A DNA stretch of 64,000 nt from Ophelia neglecta (taxonomy: Eukaryota), in contig OZ260666.1 of NCBI GenBank assembly GCA_965285935.1, positions 26,846,001-26,910,000 of the forward strand, given 5' to 3'. This document shows positions 52,039-64,000 of the stretch, in pieces. The position numbers and the translations under genes are program-made. Positions within the stretch are counted from its first letter, which is position 1, and the number at the start of each line of letters is the position of its first letter. The notes beneath the pieces are model-generated. The model made no database searches, had not been told where the DNA came from, and was given only the letters and a program-made list of their open reading frames with translations.

Positions 52039-52745
52039 GTTGTCATGGAGACAGCTATTTTCCCTAACCAAACTCTGATATCGAACTAAATTTTCATATG
52101 AAAAACCCTTTTTTTCCTGTGATTTGGGATATTATTATTTAACTTTGAAATTTAAAAAAAATAAACTGGCAAAATCATTCTTCCCAATTTTAATAAAGTT
52201 GGTGCAAATTTGCATAAATTATACTAACGAGGTTAACGAAAATGAGTATTTTTTCATTTATCATATGAAAAAGTATAATTTTGGTTGTCGCATTGGGAAA
52301 GGGCACGCTTTTCTACTTTATGTAGATACAAAGTTATGTAAAGAAGTATATGAAAAGACAAACTAATTTAAATCAATTTGTTTTCACGGCAAGAGCTTTT
52401 TCACTCAAACATCTGAAGTCAAACTAAATTTTCATTTGGAATACCATATAAGTTGCTTTTCCTATCATTTAAGGTATGTTATTTTGTTTGTTGAACTCTG
52501 GAAAACATTTGTATAGTCCTTTATAAGTTTGGGACAAATTAGCATAAATTATGCAAATGAAAATTAGTGTTTCTGCTCTTTTTCCATTTATCTTGTGTAC
52601 GTGTATTACTCTGGCGTTCATTTGAGCTAATCCTGCCCTCCGTAGCGTGAAAGTTAGAAAACTTTGTACAATACACTATACCAATATTTGCTAAAATAAC
52701 TTGTTGTTACGGTGGAAACTGGCTTATGGCAAAAAAATTTCCCTT
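52039..52745. repeat. Diverged ~335-bp tandem repeat (2 units plus start of a third); probable DNA-transposon interior
   Basis: Units start at 52039, 52380 and 52706 with GTTnnCATGGnAAC-like words. Shared blocks are ctga..tc.aactaaattttcat (52075/52413) and caaatt.gcataaattat. Confidence 0.75.
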
Positions 52746-55700
52746 AAAACCAACCACATCCTCAGTAGTCTGAGATGCTCAGACTTAAAATGAGCTTTGA
52801 CGTGTCCATTTGCCTTTCATGTTGACTAAACTCCTTAAATAAGCCACTTTCTCGTCTAATGAACTTGCCGCTAAGTCTGGAGAAAATGATTAATAATCCA
52901 CCCCAACTTTTTTGTTTCCAGTCCCATATAAAAATTGACATCACGCATCCTGGCTTTTTCACTCGAGTGCTTGGTTAACTCAGCCTAATACCCTATATGG
53001 TACAGAATGTCATATGGTCGTTATCAGTGAATTAAGTATATTGCCAAGCAAAATTATACGATGTCTATTGCAGACCACAAGATATATATATAGTTTGATA
53101 TATCAAAGGTATGTTGTTTCCCATTTGCTTGACCAAATATCAACCAATTTATACATTTTTTAATAATTGTCAAATGTGACCTGAAATTAATATGGCATGA
53201 AGTCAATATGCTATTCAATATATCCGATGGTGTTGCTAAAGCATGTAGTTAATGAGAAATGTTAAATTGTATCAAAACTCCTAATAAACCTCCGTATAAT
53301 CAGTTCATGTCCTCGACATTTGCAGCAGAGAATCAATCATATATCTAGGAACTACGTACCGTCCCACACAGATTTATTGTAAGCCTTTCTGATTATCCTT
53401 AAACCTCTAAAGCCATCAGCTTAATGCGTATTTCATTTCATAAGTGTCCTTGGTATTAGGATAAAGTACAACGAACGCATCAGCTACCTCCTATATTCAG
53501 AGCAAAGTATGTGAGTATTGTTGAACCAGCAAGTTTCATGGATTACAGGAACACTTATCAGACCATTGATTGGTATTTAAGTGATATGAAATGTTATACA
53601 TGAATAATAATTTAATTTAGTAATACGCATATAATCAGGTGCTTTATGAGCAATTTGTAGACCGCACCACTGACGGGAATGGTATATCATTCTGGATAGT
53701 GGAAATACAACAAAGTCGAAGGCAAACTTGGAATCATGCTCCAAATATGTTCCACTGTGCAGTGAGCATTTTGCTTTAAAGTACCTTGCTACGCATAAAA
53801 CTGAACTATTTTATACTTTCCAATCGCTTGTATCGTAGCATTCAATTATCAAGATAACTAAGGAGTGAAACCTTAATGCAATTACAAAGAGATTAGAGAA
53901 TGTCTTGCGTTCGTATGGTTTCCTCCTTCGTCCGCGCAACCATGAGAACTATCGAAAACGTGGGTGCAAAATAAAATCTGTCTCATTTTAGGCAATGAAT
54001 TATTTTCTCACGCTGCACACTAATGACAACTACGTTAGAATATTATTCGTACTTAGTCATACACTTATTGATATAGTTCTTGCGTCTGTTAAGGGTTATA
54101 TACATAAGCCATATACTAAATGTTCGTTGAAACCCAAACACGCTAGTTGATGTCTTCTTGCTCGTTGAATAAAGCATAGTTTACATATATATTAATTAAT
54201 AGCGACTTCCGTGTTTCAGGGTAGAGCATGCCGTTGATTTCCTTTTTTGGCCGGCGTTATATTCATTAGGAAATTAGAATTTGCAGTTGTTCGTAATTAT
54301 TGGACTAATTTACCGAGTAGAAGAAAAGTATACCATCTGCAGGTTCTTTCTTTGCTATTTGGCTTACAAACTAGTGACCCGCCCTGAGGAAGCTAAAATT
54401 AGGCTTAGCAGCATGGTACCAATAATTCTGTGAAAGAACAGATAGCATCGATACATTTGAAATAAAATATTCTTACCATTCAAATGCTACAAACCTTTCG
54501 GCAATTGACAATGAGCAAACAATACAGTAGAGCAAACAAGACTAGGAGATAAAATATGATGTAGAAATCAACGAAAGGTTCTGCACCACGGCCTATTTTA
54601 AAAGGAAACTAGAGCAGAGACAAGAAAGTCAGACGCAATCCGTGTTAACAGTCGAAAGTAAATATGACATTCATTTGCATGCCTACTAAATTTCAATTTT
54701 CACTAACTTCAAATTGTTTGGCAAACAAAATGATTAACTTTAAACGATAAATGAAAATAATAGAATATCGCAAACAATGAGCATTTATCTACTAGAGATG
54801 CCCACAAAATGAATCCAATTATAATTAAAGTTAGAGGAAGAAACATTTTGCCCTAAGCAGCAAGGGTGGGACTCTGTTCTCTTAACTACACTTATCGTCA
54901 ACAAAAGGAATTGACCGCTGCTCGCGTGTAGTCATGCAATGTTTATTATCCCTCACACAGATAATGTCCCTCCGCCTATGTATCTTATTACACAAATAAA
55001 GAGAAAGAATGGAAGTCATTGTGGTCGGAAAATAATGTCAACCGTGTAGATATTATATCAAATGACTGAGTTTTATGTGTGTCCTGTGATACGTAAAAAC
55101 GTAATAGCGTGATAGGTCAGTGGTTACCAGTACGGCAGAAACTCATAAACTCTTCAGGATGATGGAGGAGAAAACATCAAGCAATTATAACAAAGGGACC
55201 GATCATATGACATATGGCAGTTCTAGTCGAGCGAATCACGAATTTGCAATTGGATGTTTCCTCTCTGCTTAATGAGGGGAATACGGATACTCCTAAATAA
55301 TAGGTATTTCCCCTCACGAAATGCCTAGCAAGCAATTACACATGCAGGATGCTAACAAACTGCGGTTTCGGGAGAAAATTTATTCTTGTTCGTATTTTGA
55401 CAGGGAAAAACTGTCATTGACATATTTACAAGCAAAAACAATTGAAACAAAGACACCTGCTGTGGAGGTACGATTTTCATAAATATGTAGCCAAACAAGC
55501 CATTAATATGTTTTATATTTTGTGAGCGCCATACTTTACAAAAATTATGTCCTATTATACCATCTATCAGAAACAATCCAAGGGGTATGATAAATAGTGG
55601 TAGAGTGGAAGAATCAATATATGAGAGAGAAATGCGACAGGAGCAGTGTTGCTTATATGTATCATTACAGCTTATCTTAAAAGTAGTTTTGTTTTGTGCG

Positions 55701-56751
55701 GGCGCAATTTAAACATTGATTTACAGTTTAAAAGTGACAAACAGAAATTATCATCTCCCTGGTATCTCATAGTTCTGTTTTAAAAATAAATCTGCAAGTA
55801 GCAAGGCCGAGACTGTTTACCTCTTTGTTTGTATAACCATCCATGTACACTAGAATTGAAAAAAACTGAGGCAGTAGTCAGGCATGGTGGTAGTTCAAAG
55901 AAATAATACCTTAAAGAGCAGAAATAGTCATATTAATTTGACATCTGGTCTAGCTGCCAGTTTTGGCGTTGACAACACAAATGGGATATTCCCCACATAC
56001 GATCGTCGAAATCGCCCTGATTTGTCGAGCCTGTCGCGTTGCCAAGTGAGTAGTGTGAGCCCACAAGGGCAGTGTACCTTGCGGGAAACTGACAATTGTG
56101 CCTTAGGCACCACAGGGCACCAATACTTAGGACTTTATACGAAACTGCCATAATGGCTTCCGGCACTGGCGTCCTTTGTGCTAAGCAGGTTAATGTTAGT
56201 TACCTTAGATTCAAAAGCCCATACAGTGACTTTTCGGACGAAGGCCGTCTTTTTTCCGAATAATTGTAAAGAACTACCAGTTTACTTGTCAAATCTGTTA
56301 TATATCTGTATATATGTACACTTGGCCATATAGTAAATGGTTTATTGCCTTTTGTTCTGGAAACCAGAAACATGTGCAATGAATCGCTGGAGAACACCCT
56401 GACCTGGAATTTCAGTGTTTTTCTCTCGACTTTTGTACATGTTCATGGTCGAGCGACATCATTGTGAAGGTTCATTACGCTACAGTGTGTGTACAATAGA
56501 AAGTGGACCATCTCAATGGCAATAACGCGTCATGATAAGGCCTTTGCACTGTGCGCCTTTGGTGCTTTGAAATGGGCTGTAAATATAATAAAATGAGTTG
56601 TTTTCATCATCTAAGAATATCATTTTAGTCGCAAGCCAATCAGTTAGTTTCTTGATCATCTCATTGCAAATCTATATTTAGACCATCTGACCAAAGAAGA
56701 TAACTGTGTGTTATTATAACTAATGTATACATTCTATATAATGGGTTATGG

Positions 56752-56783
56752 CTCACTCACACACACCCACACACACACACACA
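56752..56783. repeat. (CA)n microsatellite
   Basis: Direct observation. Confidence 0.9.
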
Positions 56784-59602
56784 AATGTCAGGAAACATGG
56801 AAGGTAGCATAACAGTTCACTTACCCTTCAAGAACCTTGTCACATCGCGTTAAATACACAGTGCCATAATAACCCGCATGATAACCCGCTTCAAATGAGC
56901 ATCACCGGATGCAGTTGCTTGCAGACGACAATTACGAGCATTACTTTACTTGACGCTTATATTGATGTGTGGGTTAACGGCCGGGGATTATCACTGATAG
57001 CTATCTACTCACGTTACTATTCGTTGTGATGATGCGCGGAGAAAAAAGGTCAACATCCGGCAGACGAACAAAGTGAACTCGTCAATCAAGAACTGTCTAT
57101 AATTCGTTATAATGTTCTATGTTGTGAGTCTTCAAATGTCATTTTATATTTGTGTTTATTCAGCTACCAGAATTCGAATGATTTTCTCGGATGACAGAAA
57201 TTAGGGATATACTAGAACGTAATGGCAACATGGGTTAACCTAGTGGTGGGCGTAGAGCACCAAAAAGGGTTATTTGTTTTTGAATTTATAACAGATGGGA
57301 CTTTACAGAAGGTGACACTCGAGGGGTGCTATATAATATGCAGAAGGTATCCTCCCTAAGGTGCAATGGGCGTAATTTAGCACCAAGTATAGTAAATACT
57401 TGTAACATTTGAATACTGATAATGGTGCCATTCACGGCGTCAGGTAAAATCATTCACTATTTCCTAGTCATATTCTAGTTTCATTTGTGTATACTACTAC
57501 AAAAGCAACCACTTTCTTACTTTTACATTTTGTTATGATTGTGCGTATGGCTGCTCAACATTTATATATAGAAATGTTGAAGTAAGACTTATTTATTTGG
57601 TCTCAAAGCAACTTGGCCAATTTATTAGGAAGGCGTTTAAAAGCGTTAATTCTCAGTGTTTGGCCTCGGTCATGCGGGAGACTGTGGTAGTGAATTATGC
57701 TTCGAATCATAATTAGAACAATACGCCTATGTAATTGTATGTAAAAGCAATTTAAATGGCTTTAATATTGTGAAAAAAGCGTTTTATTCTTAATATTCCT
57801 AAGAGTGTATTGATGAAAGGGTCACTCGATAAACACGACATATTTTCTTACATTTCCTTCTTTAGGACGTTTAGTACAACCATCAGGGCACATACAATTC
57901 ATATATCATAATTAGTGCTGATACCAGGCATTGGTTTATATACATTGTTCATAAATTAACCAGAAGCTTCAAGCAGGTATTTTGAAATTATTTTTTTAAC
58001 AATCTAATTGGATTGTTCAAATTTATTTCCTATGAACTATCATCAGTCGCAAAAAACCTTTAAAATAACAGAAGGAAATACTAAAATCAAGCAATGGGGT
58101 GTGTAATGTGCTTACATGAGCTTGTGATTATTTTAGGTTAATCAGCGCAGTGGGCACCACTTGTTCTTTGCAAGGTAATCCTCGCGAGAAGCGTGCGTAC
58201 ACCATTGCCAGCCCAGAATCGTATTGATCAACGGTGAGCCGTGCGCTCGGCGCACTAGGGAAACGCTGACCCACCTTCATCGATCAGCGAAAAGTGCTTT
58301 TGACGTGTTCATGTCGGCTGCTGACATAAATGGCTGCTTGCAAAAGGTTATCATAATATGAAGGATATTTATGCCACCGCGAAGGGCTTTGCTCGAAGTT
58401 AGTTTTGTGTGTGTAATTCAATTTTTAATCAATTATGACGTATGTTTAACATCGTCATAGTGGATAATTATAAGATATTAACATTGAATGTCGGATAGCA
58501 ACCCTCAGTCTAAAAGCGATCTGTTACTAAAATTGTAAGTGGCATATTCATACGTATTTAAAAATGGATCTGTTTCGGGCACGTATCAATAAGGACGAAG
58601 GATCAGGTCACCAGGAAACTACAAGTCAAAATCCATGCGGCCGGAAATCACTCAATTCTATTAGTCCGGCAACAGAACGTAGACTTGTCCACCAAAACAA
58701 ATTAGAAAAGTAAGTTGTGTTCAAAATATATTTTGCTTGACAAATTACTAGCTTCTTTATCTTGTTTGATATGAATACATTGCATAAAAGCATATCAGGA
58801 AACCTAAATGGTATTCTTATCACACAAGCAGAAATGAATTGGTGTCACCTTTACACCGTTCGTGAGTGGTCTCGTGGCCGGAAGTACATTCATTGACACA
58901 TATTCACTCAGATATTGGCTTATTTGATCACTCAGATATGGGTTTTTCAGTACTATACTTTAACACCAATATATTTGAACAAAAGTCTCGGGGCCACAAA
59001 ATAGGCTCACGGACCCAATTTGTATTGGACGTTGTTTGGCCTCTCAGGTTACTAGCTCCTGGGTCAAAGTCCTAACATCAACCTAACACTGATTCATGTA
59101 TGATCAAAAGCGCAGGTCCGGATGTCTCGAAGAGGTTGAAGTCCAAGGGACGTAAATGTAGAAACAATAGTAAATACTGGCGTCTAGAAAATTATCTTCT
59201 ACTAATGCTCCGACAACTTTAGGCAAAGCCCTTTCTATAAGTCGAGGATTACATGTATCCGCGTGTGTTCCAACACCTCCGGTTTTAGGCTGCCACATTG
59301 GGGCCGGTAATTCATAACAGATTGGAGGCTTGCCTCAAAGGGAGGCTTCCCTTTGGGGCGCGTTACGTCACACGTTAACATCGAAAACCATACACACCGA
59401 TAGCATGTTCCCTCACAGCAACCAGCTGTAGCACTAGATCCCGCCTTAGTTACATACATGTAGTGGGCAGATAACGCAACCTTACACGTTACTGTTGCAA
59501 ATTAAGGCTCTGGGGTTTGGATTAATTGTTAATTGCATTAATGAAGGGCTTTGTGAAGAGATGTTGTCTAAATAACCGTACTAATAGTATACACCATTAT
59601 AA

Positions 59603-59857
59603 GGCTTTTGATTAGTAGCGGCGGCGCGAGCCTGGCGGAGGGAAATTCCGTGACTGGGACACAAATCTAGACCTATATAAACCTTCTTCTAGCCTATTTC
59701 CTAACCCTTAAACTAACCCCAGCTTAAGCCCTGAATTGCTGACGATATTTTCACCCAAATGAACCCATGACTTCCGCCCACGCACCTCCGCGTGTGATCA
59801 GTAACCTCTGGTTAGGCCTCCGCCAGACCCCCGCCATTCCGCGTTTGATGAAAAGCT
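59603..59857. mobile_element. Diverged, inverted relative of the 14250-14475 MITE
   Basis: Aligns to the reverse complement of 14250-14475 (ggcttttgatta..gcgg..ctagacctat..cctaaccct..ttgctgacgat..catgac.tccgcc..gcacctccgcgt). Two successive right-TIR-like ends at 59806 and 59857; no clear TSD. Confidence 0.8.
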
Positions 59858-61049
59858 CAAAACGAACACGCAGCGGCTGATCATAAAAATTATACAATGC
59901 TCATGCCTTTAGACGCCCATCAAATATTCGACACTGTTAACTTTTTTACACATTAATGCTACTGCTACACATGCTGTGGGCTGGGGTTGTTCAGTTGGGG
60001 GGGGGGGGGGGTTAAAGATCGATTTTAAAGTCGGCATTTGACAATGTTGAAAAACCACCAGTCAGGTCATGCATACTGACCATATATGACATTGCAGTTG
60101 CCTGGTCAACTGATGAACAGGTCCAGAATTGATCAATGATCTCACTACCAAACTGCTCCTATACAATTACCCTCGAACCTGAAAAATCCAATAGCTATTC
60201 AAGGAAAGGTCACGCGCAACGATACATGTCATGTGTCGGAAGGTTATAGTAAACATTTCTAGGCCAGATATTATATCAACGGCCGTATAATTTAGCTCCG
60301 GGAGTGTCTTGTCTGATCCATTTCTAAATCTAGTCATGAGAATGTCAAGAGGTTACTTTCGCCGCTGGAAAATCAACATGCCACAACATTCCAGTAGAAC
60401 ATCATAGGTTTAACAGAGTCAGTTGATTTAGACAATGGGCGATTGCTAAGAACATAGTGTGTTAGATCGGATACATTAACGACTTTAGGGTTATACATAA
60501 TAAAAATATCCGTCTGAATGCTTTTATTTCCAATTGTATTGTCCTGATGGAAGCAATACAAAACAAATGATATTCATCGGATGATTACCACACTGTTTTA
60601 CCTGAGTATTTTGCTTGTAATTTAATACCCATCTGTTTCAGACCAACGTTTCCCTGAACAAGGGTGGTCCACGCAGCAGAACAATGCACCTGATGGAAAA
60701 TTAATATAGGGAATAAAATAGTTTACTGTTTCATTGACTAGCTAACATTCCGCACGAACATTTGTATTTAATATTTATGTTTAAATAGAATTTGTGTGAT
60801 GACATTCATGGTCTGTGACAAGTTGTTATTGCAAAGGGCAGTCATTTTTTTCCTTGGTTCGTAGTGTCAGCTTTTTTTTGTCATATCATCGGCAGTACGT
60901 CATAGACATCCATTACCCTAGCCCAATGTCACAATTGATTTAGATTTATTTTTATAGTGACTGTCTGGATTGTACAAAACGCCGTGGGCCTTATCGGGAT
61001 AGGTTCCAAAGCATTCAAAACAATTAAATATTAATGGAGGCAAGCTTCC

Positions 61050-61320
61050 ATTGGGATAGGTGGGAAAAAAATTGCCCCCCCCCCCCTCAGAAATAGGTGG
61101 AAAAAAATTGCCCCCCCCCCCCCCCATCAAAGACAGAATTTGGCTAAGTTTTATCAGTTTCACTACACACTTTTGTACAATATATATTTCTAAATAAAAT
61201 TGCGCACCCTGTGAATAGACTAAAAAAAAACTGTCCCCCCCATGGAAATGGGTTGAAAAAAAACTGTCCCCCCCCCCAAATTTACCCCCCCCCCGGCCAT
61301 AAATAATGAACGCTCCCTTA
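61050..61320 (-). mobile_element. One-ended MITE-like fragment with A-run/C-run subterminal repeats
   Basis: Minus strand starts taagggagcgttcattatttatggccgggg. Internal direct repeats are ataggtgg(a)nttg(c)n x2 and (a)nctgt(c)n x2. The matching second TIR is absent. Confidence 0.55.
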
Positions 61321-62064
61321 GTCACATGTTAAGTATTCCAAATGGCATTTAATTATAATGGCTTTAAGGATATAAATTTGTCACGTTATGGCAAACCAGT
61401 TCAATTTCAAATAGCTGTGTTTTCGGTAGTTTGTCCTTTCTTTGAAAGAAAAGTAAATAAATTGTTCTCGGTATCGTCTGGAGAGCTTGAACAATCATGG
61501 CTTCATCCGATAGTTTCGTTGAGCAGTAATTCATACAACTACTCGAGATACTTTGCATGCTTTCCCCATTGATAAAAGAAGTCGTGCTCGTTTATTTTAA
61601 TCTCCCTTTATTTAATGTACTGGAAGGCATATATATGAAAGGTTAAATCAGAAAACCGTTATTTACCATTCCCCTGAATGCGCACAGTTCCCCTATGTTT
61701 ACGATTTGTCAAAGGGCGCCCACATAATAGCACACTTCATAGGTTTATCACCTGATTATTTTTCTCCTGGTGTGATTCAATAGGATAAATGTGCATTGGA
61801 AAGGGAATGGGCATCGTTTTGTCTTACGCAACTCAACTCAAGCTAAACACAACTAAATTGATAAGGTCAATTGCCATACTCGCCGAGCCATTCCCATGCT
61901 AAGATGCTAAGATTCGCCAAAACCAGTGTAGCGATGTGAGATTGTGCAAGAAGTATCTGTCTCTATTGTTATTTCGGTCATTCAAATTTTAATATTCTAC
62001 TGGGTCTTACAAAACTTGTATTTAATGTGTGCGCCACATTCATAAATAACAATGTAGAAAGATA

Positions 62065-62242
62065 CAGTGAAACCTGGTCTAAAGGGCATCTGGAAATTAG
62101 GGGCACCTGATAATTAGGGACAGCTACATTAGGACCCAACATATCGTTTTATATGTAAAATAACCTTGAAATTAGGGGCACCTTAGAAAACAGGGCACTT
62201 TAACACAGTCCCTTGCCTGTCCCTAATTTCCAGGTTTCACTG
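62065..62242. mobile_element. Tc1/mariner(pogo)-type MITE, 178 bp
   Basis: TA|cagtgaaacctgg ... ccaggtttcactg|TA, with internal repeats of aattaggggcacc/aattagggaca. Confidence 0.93.
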
Positions 62243-63620
62243 TACTTGAATATCAGTATTTTGATTCGGACATTGAGGGGTCGTTAACCTGCAAACAATT
62301 TTTTTTTTAAATGGCCCATCATGATAATGTTTTGAAGAGGGAGCTGTGAAATGGCCTTTAGGGATATTATGAAAGAGACAGGCTTTGGCTTCAGGTCGAT
62401 TTTAAACATAACAACTCCACCCATGCGGCCCCCAGATTCGATACATCGGTCATACTTAGCTGGTTCATATACCATTCCACTGAATGATAAACATTCAAGG
62501 CATCATTCACGCAACAACTTATTTGGCGAACTTCTGTGTTACGTGAAATCATATCACACTATGTTGTATCGCTGTTCTGTAGGATAGTGCATTGAATAAC
62601 CCTCCCTCTTGGCAAGTTTTATATGTCTCTTTCTATTGTGTTTTATATCTTTAGTTTTGCATTATTCATAGATATATAGCGCCGCTTTATTTATTCCAAT
62701 CTCATAATTTGAACTTGTAAGATGAAGACAGTATGCGTACTGATTATTTTTACTCAAAAATTAAGACGAATTAAGGTTGGCCCTACCAATATTTCGTGGA
62801 AACGCGTAACTAGCGTCTTCTGTTTTCCCCTTCTTTATGCTTCGTGGCTTTATTAGTCAATGGGGAAGAAAATCGGTGTCCTTTAGATAAAGGAAGCACA
62901 GCAACCTGCTCTTATGGTGATATAAGCTTTGGGTCTCTAAAGGTTATTTGTGTCAGCGAGAAAATGTATTGACTGGATATTTGCATCGTTGGCTTTGCTC
63001 TTTTGAACGTCCGGTATGGACCTCGCCAATATATATTTGCACTTAGTAAATGAACCCTCTTCATTAAAAAAAAAGCTTCAAGTCCCCGTTGTAACATTTG
63101 ATTTAAAGCGATCTTTCTTTAACACATTGGTTAAAAACCCGTCGATTTAAAAAAGCATACTGAAATGGTCTCAACATTCTATCCACTTACCATAAATTAT
63201 TTTCTTTTTGTCCGAGATCGGCCTTATCTTTTTTCTGACTTCGTCGTGTTCATAATTAAGAATCATCATCCTCTTTTTGCTTTCTCTTCTCAATATAAGA
63301 TTGCATTGTTAACGCAATGTAATACCAATTTTGTCGGTTTTGTCGATTCAATGCGATTTTGTGCATAATATTCCTCGATGGTAACATTTAAACAGGAAAT
63401 GAAGGGTGAAATATGATCCTCACATTGCCCATCTAACTAGCTGTATAGATTTTGCACCAACATATTTATGAGTAGTAGTAGTAATGAAATGTTTGCTACA
63501 GAAGATATATCTAAAGGAGAAAGCCTTGGTCTGGTGCTTCAGTTGTGACTGAGTTATATGGTTTTCTATATTTTCAATCCTTGTTATTGCATTTACGGAT
63601 AAGGCTGATAGAAATAGATA

Positions 63621-63797
63621 CAGTGAAACCTGCCTTAAAGACCACCTCTATATGCAGACCACCTGTCAATTCAGACCACTAATATTCAGACCATATTATA
63701 CATTTTCAGTGTAAAATAACCTGTTTAAACACACCACCTCTATAATCAGACCAGTATTACTAGTCCCTTGGGTGGTCTTCCTTCACAGGTTTCACTG
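63621..63797. mobile_element. Tc1/mariner(pogo)-type MITE, 177 bp
   Basis: TA|cagtgaaacctg ... caggtttcactg|TA, with internal repeats of agaccacc/cagacca. Confidence 0.93.
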
Positions 63798-64000
63798 TAT
63801 ATTGATTCATGTTCGAAATCCGCCAAATAAGAATGGAGAGAGGCTGTTGATTGCGTGCTGTCAAGACTAATAATGCATGGCATGATGAAGCCAGTTTCTA
63901 GGGAAAAAACATAATGAATACATCATCTAAATAAATGATAAAACTTTGATCCGGATGCATCCACATTTCAATAGCAGGTGCTTCATTGCCGCTTTAAAAT

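Noticed and set aside
52313-52352. Short hairpin containing atgtaaagaagtat, similar to the 3' part of miR-1
   Set aside because: The seed (TGGAAT) is absent, the stem is too short, and it lies in a repeat.
53460-53510. 51-nt exon candidate ending AT|gtgagt
   Set aside because: Mediocre acceptor, two open frames and no recognisable peptide; cannot be distinguished from background.
60918-61325. 135-aa Gly/Phe-rich ORF
   Set aside because: Translation of the G and T homopolymer runs of a repeat.
1-64000. tRNA, snRNA, hammerhead ribozyme and conserved miRNA motifs scanned by eye
   Set aside because: No complete motif was found; an Infernal/Rfam and tRNAscan-SE run is needed to exclude them.

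Overview
AT-rich, almost entirely non-coding eukaryotic DNA, most likely from a marine invertebrate animal (inferred from GT-AG splice signals, L2 LINEs and TA- and 9-bp-TSD MITEs). There are no operons, CRISPR arrays, rRNA or tRNA genes, and nearly all ORFs in the track look spurious. (1) 1-11.3 kb: a locally amplified, heavily decayed minus-strand DNA-transposon fossil. It has transposase remnants resembling the animal EnSpm/CACTA (CMC) type in three places, followed by a second ORF with an N-terminal SAM-like motif and a SAMD3-like C-terminus in two copies about 7.3-7.5 kb apart. (2) About 18.6 kb onward: a probable first coding exon of an unidentified plus-strand gene, a possible same-phase alternative first exon at 22.1 kb, and then apparently more than 40 kb of intron. 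(3) Scattered through the window: L2 fragments, MITEs, diverged tandem repeats and enhancer-like motif clusters. All family assignments come from manual translation and recalled consensus motifs, not database searches.
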